From: Azolla caroliniana
Taxonomy: Eukaryota; Plantae; Polypodiophyta
Direction: 5' to 3'
Length of the DNA stretch: 64,000 nucleotides
Assembly: GCA_043228905.1 (NCBI GenBank)
Contig: JBHGNT010000002.1
Span: 4,836,001-4,900,000, forward strand
Position 1 is the first letter of the stretch. Every line of letters starts with the position of its first letter. Positions 49,045 to 63,899 of this stretch are shown here, piece after piece. Under the pieces are notes generated by a model that was not told the DNA's origin, ran no database searches, and saw nothing but the letters and a program-made list of their open reading frames with translations. Position numbers and translations under genes: made by a program.

Positions 49045-50358
49045 TACACAGAAACCGCAACCGAATGAAACAACGGAAACAAGACGAATGCGTATACGTA
49101 TATAAATATTCTGATGAAAAAGGGGTTACAACCGGTAGGTCGGTGAGCGACAAATCTCCTACGCCTACGCCTACGCACACAGAAGAGCGAGATTGAGACT
49201 CTGACGGAAGCACTCGGGCGTTCCGCGGAGCAGAGTCAGCCTTCCCGAAAACCTGCATAGAGCAAATACAGAGAAAGACGGAGGAGAAGAGCTCGGTCCC
49301 AATCCGACAACACTTCGTCCTCGACTCCAGTGATCCCTTTTACGATTCCTCTGCCTCTCTTTTATAGCCCAAGGAGGGAGGCCGTTACAACTTGTTACAT
49401 CATCTTTATTCTCTGTCCTTTCGAACAGAGATATGCCTCGATTTCCTACCTATCAAATCCGTGCGACCTAGGATATTCACATCAGCTGACTTGTACCTAA
49501 ATATGTATATATTACAACAAAACTTGTGCCCGCATGTAAGGGCCGGTTCGCGCACATCATTCTCCGATTCTGCCTAGGGATGGTTTTCTCCACGACAACG
49601 TGCTTACCTCCCCATCGTATGAATTGCCAACTCAGAGAGACCATCGAATATTCGAGACTAAATCCTCAAAAAGGATTTTTTTATTCAATTAATCACAGGG
49701 CATAACACCTAAATCCCTTTTTCATCAGGCATCGAAGTGAAATTTCGGTTTGTTTTGTTTACTACAAGAGGTTTCGATCTGGGTCATCTTATCCTTAAAC
49801 GAGAAAGAAAAGGATGAAATGAGTGGCAACAAGCAGATTGGAACCACGCATCGCCCCTTCAAATGTTTTTGGCACAACATGTAATTGATGCCCTTCCTCG
49901 AACCGCAGCCAGCCCAAGCCCCATAAAACTTCTTACAGTCATAACTATATATCTACAAGCATGGTTATGGTTTAAGTAGCCTTGGCCCCCATCCATAATG
50001 GTTGATTTGGATCGCCACCTTCCAAGTGCAGAATGTGCGTGATATAGCTAACATCCTTCAAACACGGGCCTATCCTTATATAAATATGACCGGTAACTTC
50101 TCGCAGAAGTCGCCATGTATATATATATATATATACACACACACGAATGTAAACAAACTTATACAAATTGAGACACGTCTCTCATGTTGATGGCATGGGC
50201 GACTTCTGCGAGAAGTTAGTGATCAGATCCATTGCCTTATGTCCCAAGGGTCCCGACCCTCGGGCGACTCTCGTGCTGCTGCTGCTGCACGTATTTCATC
50301 ATGGATGGGGAAGTCCGTCAGTGCTCACCCACCCACATAAGGCTCTGTACACACGCAC

Positions 50359-50394
<36 letters not shown>

Positions 50395-50661
50395 TGAAGG
50401 TCCTTCCTTCCTTCCTTCGGGGGGTGTTGGCCTATGAAACCCATATGACGGGCGGGCGACCGACCAAATGTGTTGCCAAGAAAAATAAGGGGTCTCTCGA
50501 GGGCGCACGAGCAGCAGCACAGTCCACCCCGGAAAATTCGCTCTCTCTTTTGACACAGAAACCTCCACACGCCTCTCTCTCCATGAGTAAAAAAAATAAA
50601 TCTCACCTTTAGGTTTAAAACACAAACTCTATTTTTTTTTTATGTACATTCATATATGGTT

Positions 50662-50695
50662 CTAGGGTTAAATCCATTAAACCTAATCTTCATAC

Positions 50696-50727
<32 letters not shown>

Positions 50728-50965
50728 TTAAACCCAGTAAGCTAATCTTCACACAGAAAGAAAGAGAGGGTTAAACCCAGTAATCTGATCTTCCCTCACG
50801 CAGAGAGAGAGAGAGAGAGAGAGAGATTTAGGGTTAGGGTTAAACTCAGTAACCTAATCTTCTCAGAGATAGAGAGAGTTAGGGTTAAACTCAGTTACCT
50901 AATCTTCTCAGTGACAGAGAGAGTTAGGGTTAACCTCAGTAACCTAATCTTCTCAGAGACAGAGA
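50662..50965 (+). repeat. Six ~45-60-bp tandem units combining TTAGGGTTAA, CAGTAACCTAATCTTC and (GA)n, directly upstream of ATG 50980
   Basis: Directly visible; the last three units are nearly identical. Confidence 0.85.
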
Positions 50966-50979
50966 GAACTGGAGCCGCC

Positions 50980-53900
50980 ATGGCGTTCTTGAAGAAGGTA
51001 AAAAGCTCTCCTCCCTTTTCCTCCTCGTTCCCATGCCACACCTTGCACATCGATGCATCGTCTCCTCTGAACCTGCGCTGCTTTCTTTTTTCTTTTCTGT
51101 GCCGCCCCTGTGTCGGAACCCGCAGATTCGAGAAGCTTTCCGTGGAGTGGATCGGCGCACATTGCAGTATGAGATCGACATGCATCGCCTTTTCTTGTTA
51201 ACGAGGTAAGGAATCTTTCGCTAAGGCTCTCCTGATTCTTCGTATAGTCCTTGCATTAAGCTAGTAAAATGCTTCACCGTTTCTCTTGTCTGACGAGACG
51301 GCAACACTTTAGTTCCAATGTCTAGTTCTCGTTTTCTCGTAGCAAGATAAAAATGATCTATAGCACAAATTCTCGTTTGCTTGTGAACAAGTTTGAAACT
51401 ATAGATTCAATCTCCTTTTTTCTTTATGTAATCCTTTTATTTTCTTGGAGTGAAATGCATCGCTTACCCCCCTTGTTAAGAACAAGGTAACAAGCCCTTA
51501 GCTCAAACTCTCAGTTTCTTGATAACAAGGAAGTTAAAAAAATAAATATATATTCACCTCAAATTCTCTTTACCTTATATAGAACGTAGAAGTGGTAGTT
51601 TAAACTCTCTGATTTTTCACTTGATACTTGCATTTTCACTGAAATGCATTACTTTTCTTTCTTGTTTAACAAGGTTACAATTATTTAGCTCTAATCTTTG
51701 TTTTCTCATAAGTAAGATCAAAAGATCTTTAGCCCAATCCTCATTTTCTTGTTACAAAAGGTAGTAACTCGCTTAATTCCTTTGCTTCTTCAATCCTTAC
51801 ATTTTCTTGTGGAATGCATCAGTTTTTTGCTTGTTATAGATGAGTTAAGAAATAAGAAATCAGTAGTTCCAATTCTGATTTTCTTTTACAAAGTAAAGAA
51901 ATCAGTAGCTCAAATTCACGTTTTTCTAGACAACCCTAAAAAAAAGCTTTTGTCTTAAATTCCAATTTTTCTTGTAAACAAGGTAAATTCTTTTAATCTC
52001 AAATTCTCATTTCAAATTCCAAATTTTTATCTCAAGCTCTCTTTTTCTTGTTAATAAGATGAATCTTTAGATTTAATCTTCCAGCTCTCTCATGTAATCA
52101 CGACTTTATTACTCTATGCATTGCATTTGCTTGTAAGTTAAGTAAAATCTTTGTCCTAGTGGTATACATTTCCTTTTCTTGTTTAAGAACTGTCTTAGAT
52201 CCTATGGTTCTTGTTAAAAAGGTAAAACTACGTGCCTGGTAATTTGGATTTATTCTTTCATATAGTTTACCTTTTCTATGGATATGCATTGTGTTTTCTT
52301 TCTTTAGTAAAGCAAAACTCTGACTTGCATTTTCTGCTTCTCATATTTGATCTTAAATGCCAAGATAGCATCCTGGATTTTCCAGCAATATGCATCATCA
52401 CATTTTTCTTCTGTTAACGTGGGAAGACATTGGATGCAATCTTATGGTCTTACATGTAATTTTGCTTTTCTAAGCTATTCATTACATTCACTTCTTTAAC
52501 AATCAAAGACGCTGGTTTGCATCTTCTGGTTCTTCCACGTAATCATTCTTTTTGACCTTATAAACTTTAGCTTAAATGTTCTGGTTATTTCATGTAATCT
52601 AAATGTCATGATACAGTCCTTGTTTTTATTTGATTTTTTCTTGCTAAGAGGGTATGTTTTAGTTAAAGTTTCCGGTCCCATCATAGCTCAAAATCTCTGC
52701 TTCTTTCATCTGATTTCTTAAATACTAGTGATATGTGTTGTATTTTCTTGTTAACAAGGCATAGTTTTTTTAAAAATATGATCTAAACTCCTGATTCATA
52801 TTCGTTGCTTTTCTAATGATACATATTGACTTTCCTTGTTAATTAGGTAATCTTTAGCTTATGTATCTTTTGTGCTATTTTGATTCCAGAGGAGCTAAAT
52901 ATGTATTAATTTCAGCTACCATAAACAAGGAGATGGAAGTGTGGATGAAGTCTCAGAGAAAAGCTCTAAATTGTCAATTGAAGATCTGGAAAAAGCAGTA
53001 CATGGTAACGTACATGAACAGATAGCTCGAATCACTGAAGCTATGGATCACATTCTGTTACTGAATCCTCGCAGAAAGGTGCCTATCAGTGGCACTGAGA
53101 ACGAAGTGAAAAAGCGTCCCAGTGGTCTCAGCTTTGCTGTTGGTCGGGAAGCACCGAAACCTGAGGATCCTGAAACTCTGAGTGAGTTAGAGGCTTTCTT
53201 CCTTGTCTTATTTACAGGAAAATGTGGTTGATGTATGGGTTTGTACTGTCTCTTTACTGATTACTCACTTATTTTGGTGATATTTCAACATTTTTCTGTT
53301 GGTTGAATTGTGTGTACTTATCCATCTTTGTACTTGCTGATATGAAAATTTTCGTCTACACTTGTGCTTTTTGTCAGAACACTTTTATGCATGAATCTGG
53401 TTTGCATGTATCTCTTTCTTATATTCATGTTACACTTACATATTATTGATGTATGCATTATGTAATTGATTTGTCGCTTATTTCTGCGGCCACTCATTTT
53501 GATATACCACTTTATGTGTGATTTAAGAGTTCACTTATTTCTGCTTCCTTTGTCTACTATATTTAGGTATGCTTGATATATAGATTGTGTACAGTTTCTA
53601 TTGATTAATCCCTGATTCCTGTGTTCTTTCAATTCAATAAACCACTTTTATGTGTGCATTGACAGTGCACTACTTTCTTCTTTGTAATTGCTATTTGACA
53701 ATTTTGCCCATGCTCTTATGTTATTCAAGTAACCATAATTATGAGCTCTTTAATTATATACTTTTCTTCTCTTTTATTTCTGCTTTGTATTTTACATTTT
53801 AATATAAGTAGTTTTCCATATTATGTATCATTTTTCCTGATTGATCATTTATTACAATTGTCTTCTACACTTTTGTAGTGGTTAATTTGAGTGCATTGTC

Positions 53901-55280
53901 TGTTTCTTCTGTCTTGGTGGTTTTGAAACTTTGCCTTTACATTTATACCACAACAGACAACACTCAAGCGTGCACTTTACCTCCTTTATATTTATGATTG
54001 ATTTATCATGTTTATTTTCTGTTTTCTGGTTAATCACTTATTCCAGAGATCTTTGTATTTAGCATCATTTGTCACTGATTTTTTCATTGAAACCATATAT
54101 TAATGCAAACAATGTAAGAATGTTTATTTTAGGGAAACTATGCAGTATCCTGAATCTTTCTTTCTTTTCACAAGTGCTCCTATTTTTTGTTATTTCCCAA
54201 AAAACTCCTGCTCTGTTTCATTTACTCGAACAGCCTTGGTCAATCCCAAAGAAAGAAAATTGGGATGAGTTGACCATATGCTTGCTCAAATAGCGCATAT
54301 AATTGCAATTTGGGGTTTGACAATGGACGTTTGTGGGGAATAATGAAAAGTTAGGGTCATTTGGGGAAGTAAAGAAGAAGCGGGGGACATTTTAGGGTTT
54401 TCCTTTGAATATATTTATTTGATTCTGATCTTCATATGCTTGCATTATTTGCAGAACAGTTCCTCTTGAGACACGCCCACTGAGCATTGCTGAGCTCTCT
54501 TCTAGCCTAAAAGAGTCAATTGGTTACACTTTGGCTCTCAAGCCTTCACAGATCGATCACAAGGATGCAGGTCGAGGAGTTTATCTGTCAGGCAAAGTAG
54601 GGCCAGGTACTGTAGTATCCTTTTACCCGGGTATTGTGTACTCCCCATCACAATATCGCTATATGCGTGGCTATCCGAGGATGGATATTGTGAACTCTTA
54701 CTTGGTATCAAGGTATGATGGTTTAATCATTGATGGGCAGTTCTGGGGTCAGGGGGATGAACTTCGACTTTTATGGGATGGTAGGCCAAGAGAAGTTTTA
54801 TCTGAGACACTGAAAATTGCATCGATACCTGATAGGAAGAAGCGAATGGACCTCATTGGCTCGTTATTTGGAGCCAAAGATACTCATATTGCTCGTAAGG
54901 GATCAATTATAGAACGACGAAATCCTTTGGCTTTAGCTCATTTTGTAAATCACCCAACGAAAGGGAAAAAGCCAAATGTGATGTTGTGCCCTTTTGATTT
55001 TGTTTTCGGAGATCCATACATGAGGCCCTACATTCCTAATGTTCATTTCGATCACAACAATGACCAAGAGATGAGAAGACAGGGTTTGGTCTGGACAAAC
55101 AACAAGAAAGAGGACAAGTGCAGTGATGATTCAGTCACTATCCGTACTCTTGTCTTATTATCCACGACTGAAATCTGTGATGAGGAATTATTCCTGAACT
55201 ACAGGTTGAGTAATCACAATAAATGGCCAGCATGGTATCATCCTGTGGATTCGGAAGAAGACAAGCGACGATGGTATTAA
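50980..55280 (+). CDS. SETD9/C5orf35-like SET-domain protein; exons 50980-50997, 51126-51205, 52916-53181, 54460-55280 (~394 aa)
   Basis: Strong start context gccgccATGG. Spliced product MAFLKK-IREAFRGVDRRTLQYEIDMHRLFLLTS-YH..VHEQIARI..SGLSFAVG-..PSQIDHKDAGRGVY..FYPGIVYSP..NPLALAHFVNHP..DEELFLNYRLS..WYHPVDSEEDKRRW. GT-AG introns are phase-consistent. Confidence 0.88.
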
Positions 55281-58200
55281 AAGGCTTAAGGTTTCTCATT
55301 TTCAATTTTGTTTTGATGAGTTTTCTCTGTCCATCCAAGTTTGCAGAACTGCAGAAATGGATGTGTCTCATGCTTCTTTTAAGACGAGCATCTCTATGAC
55401 TCCTGCCCCCTCTCTGTGATCAGATTCAAACATTGTGCTATTTCAAAATCACATGTTGATTTATTTGATCTTTCTTGCACTCCAAATAGGAGGATGCACA
55501 TAGTAGATGTATTATAGTTTTTAGAAGCGGTTCAAAAGTAAAAGTGCAGAACAGAGGAGTCGAGAAGAAATGGATGATGACATCTTTTTTAGAGTATTGA
55601 ATTTTATGAGTTTCCCATATGCAATAAATTTCATTTCATGCTATCTTGTGCGAATGATTTATTCAGGACTCAAGTGTTTAGTATCGCATCTCAATTTGAT
55701 TCCCAAGTCCCTTTAAGTTCTGCATTTAGCATGCTTGCCCATGTTCTTTTTCCTGGTTTTGCTTGCATTCTGCTTTTGAAACTCCCTGCAAGTATTTTCC
55801 TCTAGCTTTTACAACTGATATTAACAACACTCTGAAAATTCACACTTTCATTTAAGGGTGATGTTATTCATAATGATTGTTTGTTTGACATGGCCAAAAC
55901 TAGCATGTATGTATATTGTGGTAATTAATGATGGAAAGCATGAATATTTATGGTGTATTGGCATTATTATGCTTTCACTGTTGCATGAAAAATTCAAAAT
56001 ACTGAATGCTACTTCATGCATTTGACGCAACGATTGAATGCTAAAGGCTAAAGCATGGATATTGTTTCAATTTTGTTGGTACACCATATCCTTTATACAT
56101 AATTTTGAAGAATTTCAAGTGAAATAATACATTGTGCACCATTGATCTTGCTATCTTGAATTTTATAATATGTTTGTCTTGTCATAAAGCATACAGATGA
56201 TGGCCTTTGAAAATCTTAGATTTTGTGATAAGTTAGTCTTGGCAAAACATATATAGAGGAAAATTTGTTCTGAAAATAAAACCATTAGTGCAGGATATAA
56301 TCAACATGTCAAACTACATCACTTATGTTAGTATAGAAAAGAAATCCATGTTCACACCCCATGCAAGTTAATCCATGTTGCGAAAGTATTTTATAAGTAC
56401 CAATCTAGACATGTTGGGTTCATCTATAAGGACCAATCTAGGCATGCTCATTGCATGACCTCAAGTCTCAACGACATTATATTATTCATATATTTAAAAA
56501 GGTGAATTAATAGTTAATAAGTCTATTTCTTTTTTAAACCGAAGGTAATAACTAATATTTTCAAACCAACCTAGAATATAGGTGATATTAGGCCATGTGC
56601 AAGGATATCATGAGTGTAGCAAATGATTATATGTTGGTTGTCATCACAACACGTGAGCTTGCTTGAATTCATGCATTAAAAGGGGCTAGTTACTTTCGAA
56701 ACCATTACAAAAAATTGTGGCTCTCAATGTAAATGATAATATATAGGATTCGCTACTTGTAAAATGTAGAATATCAATGAACAGGGAATCATGTATGATG
56801 AGAAACTATGAAGACGAGCATTGATCACATATTAAAACTGTACACAAAAAGTCAAGTGCAAAGCTCATGGGTGATGCGACTTTTGGGTAAAGATTATGGA
56901 TGCTAATAACCCGAGGTAAGCTATAGATGACAAGAGAAAAAAGTGAGAATGTATAATAGGTTGGGTTTTCATAAGTAGCAGCTAAGCTATAAATGTAGTA
57001 GACATGACTAGAGAGAGAGAGAGAGAGAGAGAGGTTCATGTCCAAAGGACATCATAAGGTCATGGGTTCAACCCCTACATTCCACAGCGACATAACTTAA
57101 GAGGATATATATGGAGAACAAGGTATGAGAAAATTGGGTCTTGATCCCAAAACCCAAGGCTAGTAGGCTAACAACTAACAAGTTAACTAGGAAAAGCTAA
57201 TTTACAAAGGGAACTTGCAATGGATGTCAAGAAAATTTTGACGACAAATATTAAATGAGAAATACACCATTCTTGTTTCTAAGAACAAATTAAGTAATGC
57301 AAAACTTATTCTACTCTTCCTTACCTTCGTATTCTCAACCTTACGAGAAGTCCCTAATACTAAAAAAAGAGACGAAAAATCCCTCCATTCCTACACTTCA
57401 CGAAAACATTTTGAACATTATAATAGTGTTGCAATAGATGACATTTTTGGTGATTGCCTCCTATGTGTCCTAGCGAGACACTTTTAATAAAATGCTAATG
57501 TATCTTACAACACAATCTTCAGACAAAAAATCGAATGGCCTTGTTTTTCACACAACCAGTTTCCGATTGTTGGGATAGGCAAGACTCATTTCCATTCTTG
57601 TACTACTCCCATCTATAGTTTCACAAAAACAATCACGCTATTTTGTGTATCTTGTCATAAGATCAACATGTGTCTATTATCAAATTAAGGTAATCATATT
57701 GTAAATTGTGTGTCCTCATTAATGAATTAGTGTGATGTGTTGTGCACATTATGCATTATGTCATTGTGGACCAAGGTATAGTGTTTATGCTCACGCGTTG
57801 AACATTTAAGGTGGTTACAAATAAATTAAGGCAATCATTCAGCAAACCACATTTCCTCATAAAAGTTTCGTGATGAGATGTCAAGTTCCTCATGCATTAT
57901 ATCATTGCATGCCAACACTTACCGACAAAACATTTAAGGTGGTGATCGCACGTGTCCTGTTACAAGAAAATGACCTAAGTGTTTGCATGAAAATCATATG
58001 AAAAGAATCTTCATAAATGTAGAACCTCATTATAGATCAACATGAAATACTCTTCAATTTCCATTTTACAAGGAAAGGCCATCATTTTCACCCCTTGGGT
58101 TGTGGAAGCAGAGTTTTTTGGCGATTTGAACCAAAATCGCGAGATCTTAAACAAAAGATTTGCAAAGAATTTCTATACTGATTGCCATAAAAGTAATGCA

Positions 58201-61200
58201 ATAAGATGTGACTAATTTAAGAAATTAATCATTCAACTAACAAAACAAGTTGCCCACTACTAATGTTGCACGCTAATCATGTAAAAAAGGGACATCATCT
58301 TCCAGGATAGCTATTTAGATACGTTTCTAGCTGATTGGCAATGCTTTTTTGTTAGCCTTCATAAAAATTTATGATGAACAACATCAAGAAGGTCCCCTCA
58401 ACGCCTTCTCCACACATGCCTCAACTCTACGAGAAATCTAGGTTTTACTCGTTGCTCACAACTTCTTAAATCACCGAACATGTTGCATCTTTCCCAACTA
58501 CCGAGTACTATCATATCCCACCTCTCTACGTCACTTCAATATACAACTCTTTGTTTCTCTTTAAATTAATGTTTTCGATACACAATGCTTGCATACAATG
58601 TTTGTATTGTTTGTTTGTGGTTGACCCATTGTCTCACAACACGCCTTGAGACATCCCTAGTTCCAAAATGTTTGTTTTTGTTAGTAGAAGATCACTAATT
58701 CTCTTTAAATTGTTAAGCATTATACGCAACATGACTTCGTTTATAGGGTCATTGGAGAGTCTTTGTTATAATTGTTGTTTTGTTTTAATCGATAAGGATG
58801 ACAATTTTAGGTTTCCATATTTGCCCAAACATTATGGTACAAATTTATAAGAATTTCAATGTTGATGTCAATGGATCATGGGTCATTCATTCAAATTTTT
58901 TGGCATGGGAACTCGGGAATTTATGGGTTGGGGTGCTTGAACAAATAGGTTTGTTAATAATAATGTGACAAATGTTTGATGTTTTGCAGCAACATGTTTG
59001 GAAATATTTATATATAAGATTTACTACTACTAGCAATATTAAAGCTTAGGAGTCGTGGGATGGGTGGATGGATCATGGACTAATTCATCTTAAAAAAGCA
59101 AAATTTCCAAAGCCTACCATTGTTTTTGAATGAGTTCGTGGAATTGAATGAGAAGTTGAACCCCCCTCAACTTGTTTACCGAAAGAAAGTCCCCCATGAT
59201 GGATGTTCATTTCATAGTCATGTCTTGGTACTGTGTTGGTGCCGAAAAAAGGCAACATCATGCATGTCCATCTACATACACATGTCAACAAATTAGGTTT
59301 CCCTTCAAAGTCAGTACCAAGTTCAATGTCATCATTGAATACATTAATCGAAACCCATGATGGCCATAGAGTAATGGGAATTAACTAACACTAACCTATT
59401 TGCCCATCAATGTTTGCGGGTCAAACATGAGATAGGTATGGATTATTGGAGTAAAATGCTTCTCTTAAAGGGGAATTTCTTGCAACACGCAAGTTTTGTA
59501 TGTTACCGATCAACCAACTCATTAAGAAAACATTAACTACTTTGTGCTAATAAATAATTTCGATGGAAAACTTAACATATATCCACGTCTTGGTTATGTA
59601 CAAACAATGTGACAAAAATGCGTTACATTTATGGGGATTCCAACTCTCTTATTATTCAAATGAATATTGAGATTGGATATTTTATTTAGACCTAGGCTCC
59701 TGATTTGGTTCAATACTTTAGCTAGTCAAAATACGTTACAAGTTTGCGTGGGAGAGGGGGGGGGGGGGTGACACATTATGAATTCCTTTATTTTTCGATG
59801 GAAGATTATGGTTAGATACTTTGGTTACACATAGATCATAGAGTCTAGCAACTTAGAGGTCCTTGTTCTCATTGTTAGAGAACTTCGAATGCGTAAGTTG
59901 GATGTTTCGTCTCTATTAACACCAATTAAATAAGAGAAATTGGCTTCACCTCGTTTCGTGTATCCCCTCATTCAATCCCCAAAAAAATTATAACATTGTA
60001 GGTTCCACGCCTAAACAAATCGACAATCCATAAATGAACATGCAACTATACATGTGAGATATTGTAATTATATGACCATTACATGTGGTCATGTGCTCAT
60101 TGTCCGCATGCATGCACATCAAGATTTCCCCTCCTAAAAACCACAATTCCGATAAAAGTGACTATGTGCGCGATGTCACAAACCTCAAATCGAGATTTCA
60201 AATCCATATATAAGAAATTAACAATATTATTATTTATAATAATAAACTACATCACCTCCATATTTGAGTCATTCATTTCAATTTGTGAAGAGATTGATAT
60301 TGAACACATGTTGGATGATCGATATAAATCTTGTTCATGTAGTTACTTACACATAACCTTAGATATATTGAATATAGTGCGAATGCTTTAAGTGAGTACA
60401 TGACACCTTATTCTCGATCAACCTCATAAATCACAATCCACCGTAACTGCCTATGTAATATGTACAATATAAAATAACTAATGTTAAGGTATTCTGCAAT
60501 CATTTATATAGTTTAATTAAAGAGACAATACAAAGAATATGGGATTCGTGTGAAAAAAAACATCTATGATTTCAATGTGATTGTGCTTGTAAACCCCCTA
60601 TATTAAACACACACACACATATGCATTTATTTGCACATGCAAAGTACCAACTTTGCTAGTGTTGTGGTAGGCATATGGCTCCATGCATTTGCAACAGGTA
60701 AGGCGAAAATATTGTTGAAGGTGTTTTGTATTACAATGTCATGGACCAAGTTGGATTAATGTCATGAACCAATATCATCGAGTTTGATGCCCATGAATTA
60801 ACTTGAAGCTCCTATGCCGTAGGTTAAATAAACCTAGGTATTGGTGGATGCATCCAAATCTTGAAAGTGAAGAGTCAAAGGGCTATACAATGAATACACA
60901 TTAGAAAGAAGTGCAAAAGTATATTAACTAAATGTATTAAACCAATAAACCCTAGATCTATATAGGTCTTTCGCAAATTAATAGTTGGCTTAATTGAATA
61001 TTTTCATTTTGGTTACTTATATACATACTATCATAACGACTCTCCGATATGGAATGCATAGTGGGATGATAAAGTTATGGATAGAGAGACTAGGGAGAAA
61101 TAAAGGTGAAAACTCTTAAGAGCTATATCACACCTTCACCTAACCTTGTTGATACAACAAGGAATAGATCATCGATGTCGAACAAAGGTGTACAACCAAA

Positions 61201-63402
61201 CAAAATGCTACTATTTGAAACTAGTTCACAACTACAATATAGATGAAAAAATTAACAATTGTGTGTTTAAACTTTAGAAGCTTTTAAATATCTATACGAA
61301 TCTTGCCTAGGGTTTTAAATAGGCATAGTGAACCCCTCATGTTGCATCATAGGACACCTTTCTTATGGTGGTTTGTCCTAGCTATGACATGTATCTGACA
61401 ATCTTACTATGTGAGTCTGTGACTATGTATAGCGAAAAGAAATCTATGACATGTATCTAACTATGTGAGTCATGCCTAATAAACATTAATAACTAATCAA
61501 AAGACTTGAAGGCTAGTATCTTAATCTCTCTATAAGCCTAGGAATGTCTCGCTCGTACCTCTAAGATGTTCACAATGGTAGCTAGCCTGATACGTAACAA
61601 AAAGCCTTAGGTCTATGTCAAACCATTGTTACTAGAACTATGGTTGGCTACCCCATGGTTGTTCAATAACTTTTGTGTCTACTCTAGAGTCATTGGGCCT
61701 AGTATAGGGGTGATAAATCTCTAATGAATGTTGTTATGTACATCTTCATAACATACTTTTCGAAGATGATAAAATTGCCACATGCCAATTATAATTTCAA
61801 CGTGTTGACAAAGAAGTCAATCAACCAGTGAAATCAAAATAATCGGTGCCATATCAATTGGCTAACCTTGAGATCAAATGGTATGATAAGGTGTTCTTTC
61901 ACAATCATAAGCATTGCCTTGGAAGAAGTTTCTATAAGGACACTCACACTGACACCACCAATGAATGCCCAATGTCACAATCAATTGGTAATTTCCCATC
62001 ATTTCTCAAAGGTTCATAATTTGACAATGCATCTATCATTTTCTGCTTGGTTTGTTGCAAGTTGGACGAAAGAAAGAAAGCCGAAACTTAGTTGTGAGAT
62101 GATGTTTCACACAAAAATATTTCTACTAGTTAAAGCTAAATAAAGAAAGGCATCTCCCATACGAATCCAAGAGCATACCCTTGAGGACTAGAACATCTAT
62201 CCATTTTAGGGCTTGTAGAAACGAGCTGATGCCCATGATCTAAAATCTATTGGTGAATTTCATATCAATGCACAAAGTACTTCACTCCAAATTTGAACTC
62301 ATTCATACATGTCAAGCATTGAAAACTCTCTCTTTTCTCCACCATACTTTGTTGATGTTATATATTTTTGGAATGGTAAAATTGCATCAATAGTTTGCAT
62401 GTATGGCCTTACTTGTTACAATTATAATTGAAGAGTGATCAATACTCTCAAATTATTGAGAATACTTCTAATGGTTGCTTTTCATCTTGTAAGGGTGATA
62501 AGGAAATGTAAGAAAGAATCTAGTTGAAAAGTTCCTCGTGAGGTGCCGAATTAACGAGAAAGACAACAGTTGGATGCTTCGGTCATGAATAAAGAAATAT
62601 ATATACACACCTTTTTAGGATGGAGAGGACACATAGGAAACAAAAGGGAAGGTGAGAAACAAGGAAAAAAGATTGAAAAAGATGATGGGGAGGAGAGAGA
62701 GAGAGAGAGAGAGAGAGAAAAGAAAGAAAAGAAAGATATATTAACGTCTTCTAAGGCCAAAATTGGCCCATGAGACAATTGGTTTACAACAAAATGAGTA
62801 TTTATCCAATCATCATAACTAAAATAAAATAAAATAAAAATAGAGAGAGAGAGAGGACGAACGAGAGTGAAAAGGACACATTATCCATCCCAACCAATAG
62901 AGGCATTGCCGACAAGTAAGTTCCTCCCCATAATGTGTATGCGTATAGCAACATTTTGGAATCGAACTTAGGACATTACATGCCAACCACAATGATACAA
63001 GCAATAACAACAATAATAGATGGTTTTCTCGCTTGCATGGGGACAATAGTGCAAGCAAACAAAGAGGATGAGACAACAAGGGAGTTGTTTTTCTTTTTTT
63101 ACTTATCATTAGGACCGCCCATTAAACCACAACTCCGATGCAAAAAGACGACAATCACAGATGGCGAAGCGAAAAGAAGAAAACGGAAAAGATGGAAAGA
63201 CAAAGAGAGGTGATGATGGCGACATGACAAGGAAATGAACCGACAAGAAACCGCAATGCGATGATAAAGGTAGGCAGGCAAGCCAAGCAGGTGGGTGTGG
63301 CACAAAGGAGTTGGTCTTCTTCTTCTTCTTCTTTTGCTCTTTCGTCGAAAGACGCCATTGGAATTTGTTGGGTGTGTTGTTACTCGGAGGTAGTTAGGTT
63401 GG

Positions 63403-63504
<102 letters not shown>

Positions 63505-63848
63505 GGGATGTCACACTTTGATGTGTATGAGAAAACGTGTGGGGCATATCACTCCTCCCCAACATATTTTTAAAAAAATTCTAGGATTAATTTGAGTAGA
63601 TAAATATAAAATTGAGTAAAAATAAATAAAAGGGATTTATTTTTTTTAATTTTAATTTTTTGTTTTTATTAAATCTCTTTTCCTTTATTTTGTTGGATTT
63701 TTAACCCGGTCAATCCCTCAGATTTGGGCCTCTCTTGACTCTTTGACTCTTGACTCGTTCAAGGCAGAAGAAAGCAAGAGAGAGAGAAGAAGAAGAAGAA
63801 GAAGAAGAAGAAGGAAAATTCATTCATACTTTGTTTTCTTCACATTCA

Positions 63849-63899
<51 letters not shown>

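Larger units (their letters stand above)
37055..49597 (-). mobile_element. Ty3/gypsy element (no chromodomain seen) with 5' LTR 48898-49597 and tRNA-Trp PBS; carries a nested copia and a solo LTR
   Basis: LTR TGTCG...CGACA. PBS (+ strand TCACATCGGGTTCACTA, 48877-48893) resembles the plant tRNA-Trp 3' end. gag 48852, CLWCDAVGHARKDC, protease ALVDHGSEINL, YKTVDRKVRPV, RT DLYSGYDQ/LPQG, integrase ALWADRTT/RWFGPY, PPT AGGTGGGGGCGGA at ~37062. Confidence 0.9.

Noticed and set aside
31845-49258. Many overlapping antisense or alternate-frame ORFs (e.g. 32109, 35037, 44877, 46987, 47030)
   Set aside because: Shadow ORFs of GC-rich retroelement sequence, with no recognisable motifs.
31591-49602. One 18-kb element inserted as a unit
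   Set aside because: The outer LTRs are dissimilar and the flanks (AGAAC vs ACGTG) are not a TSD.
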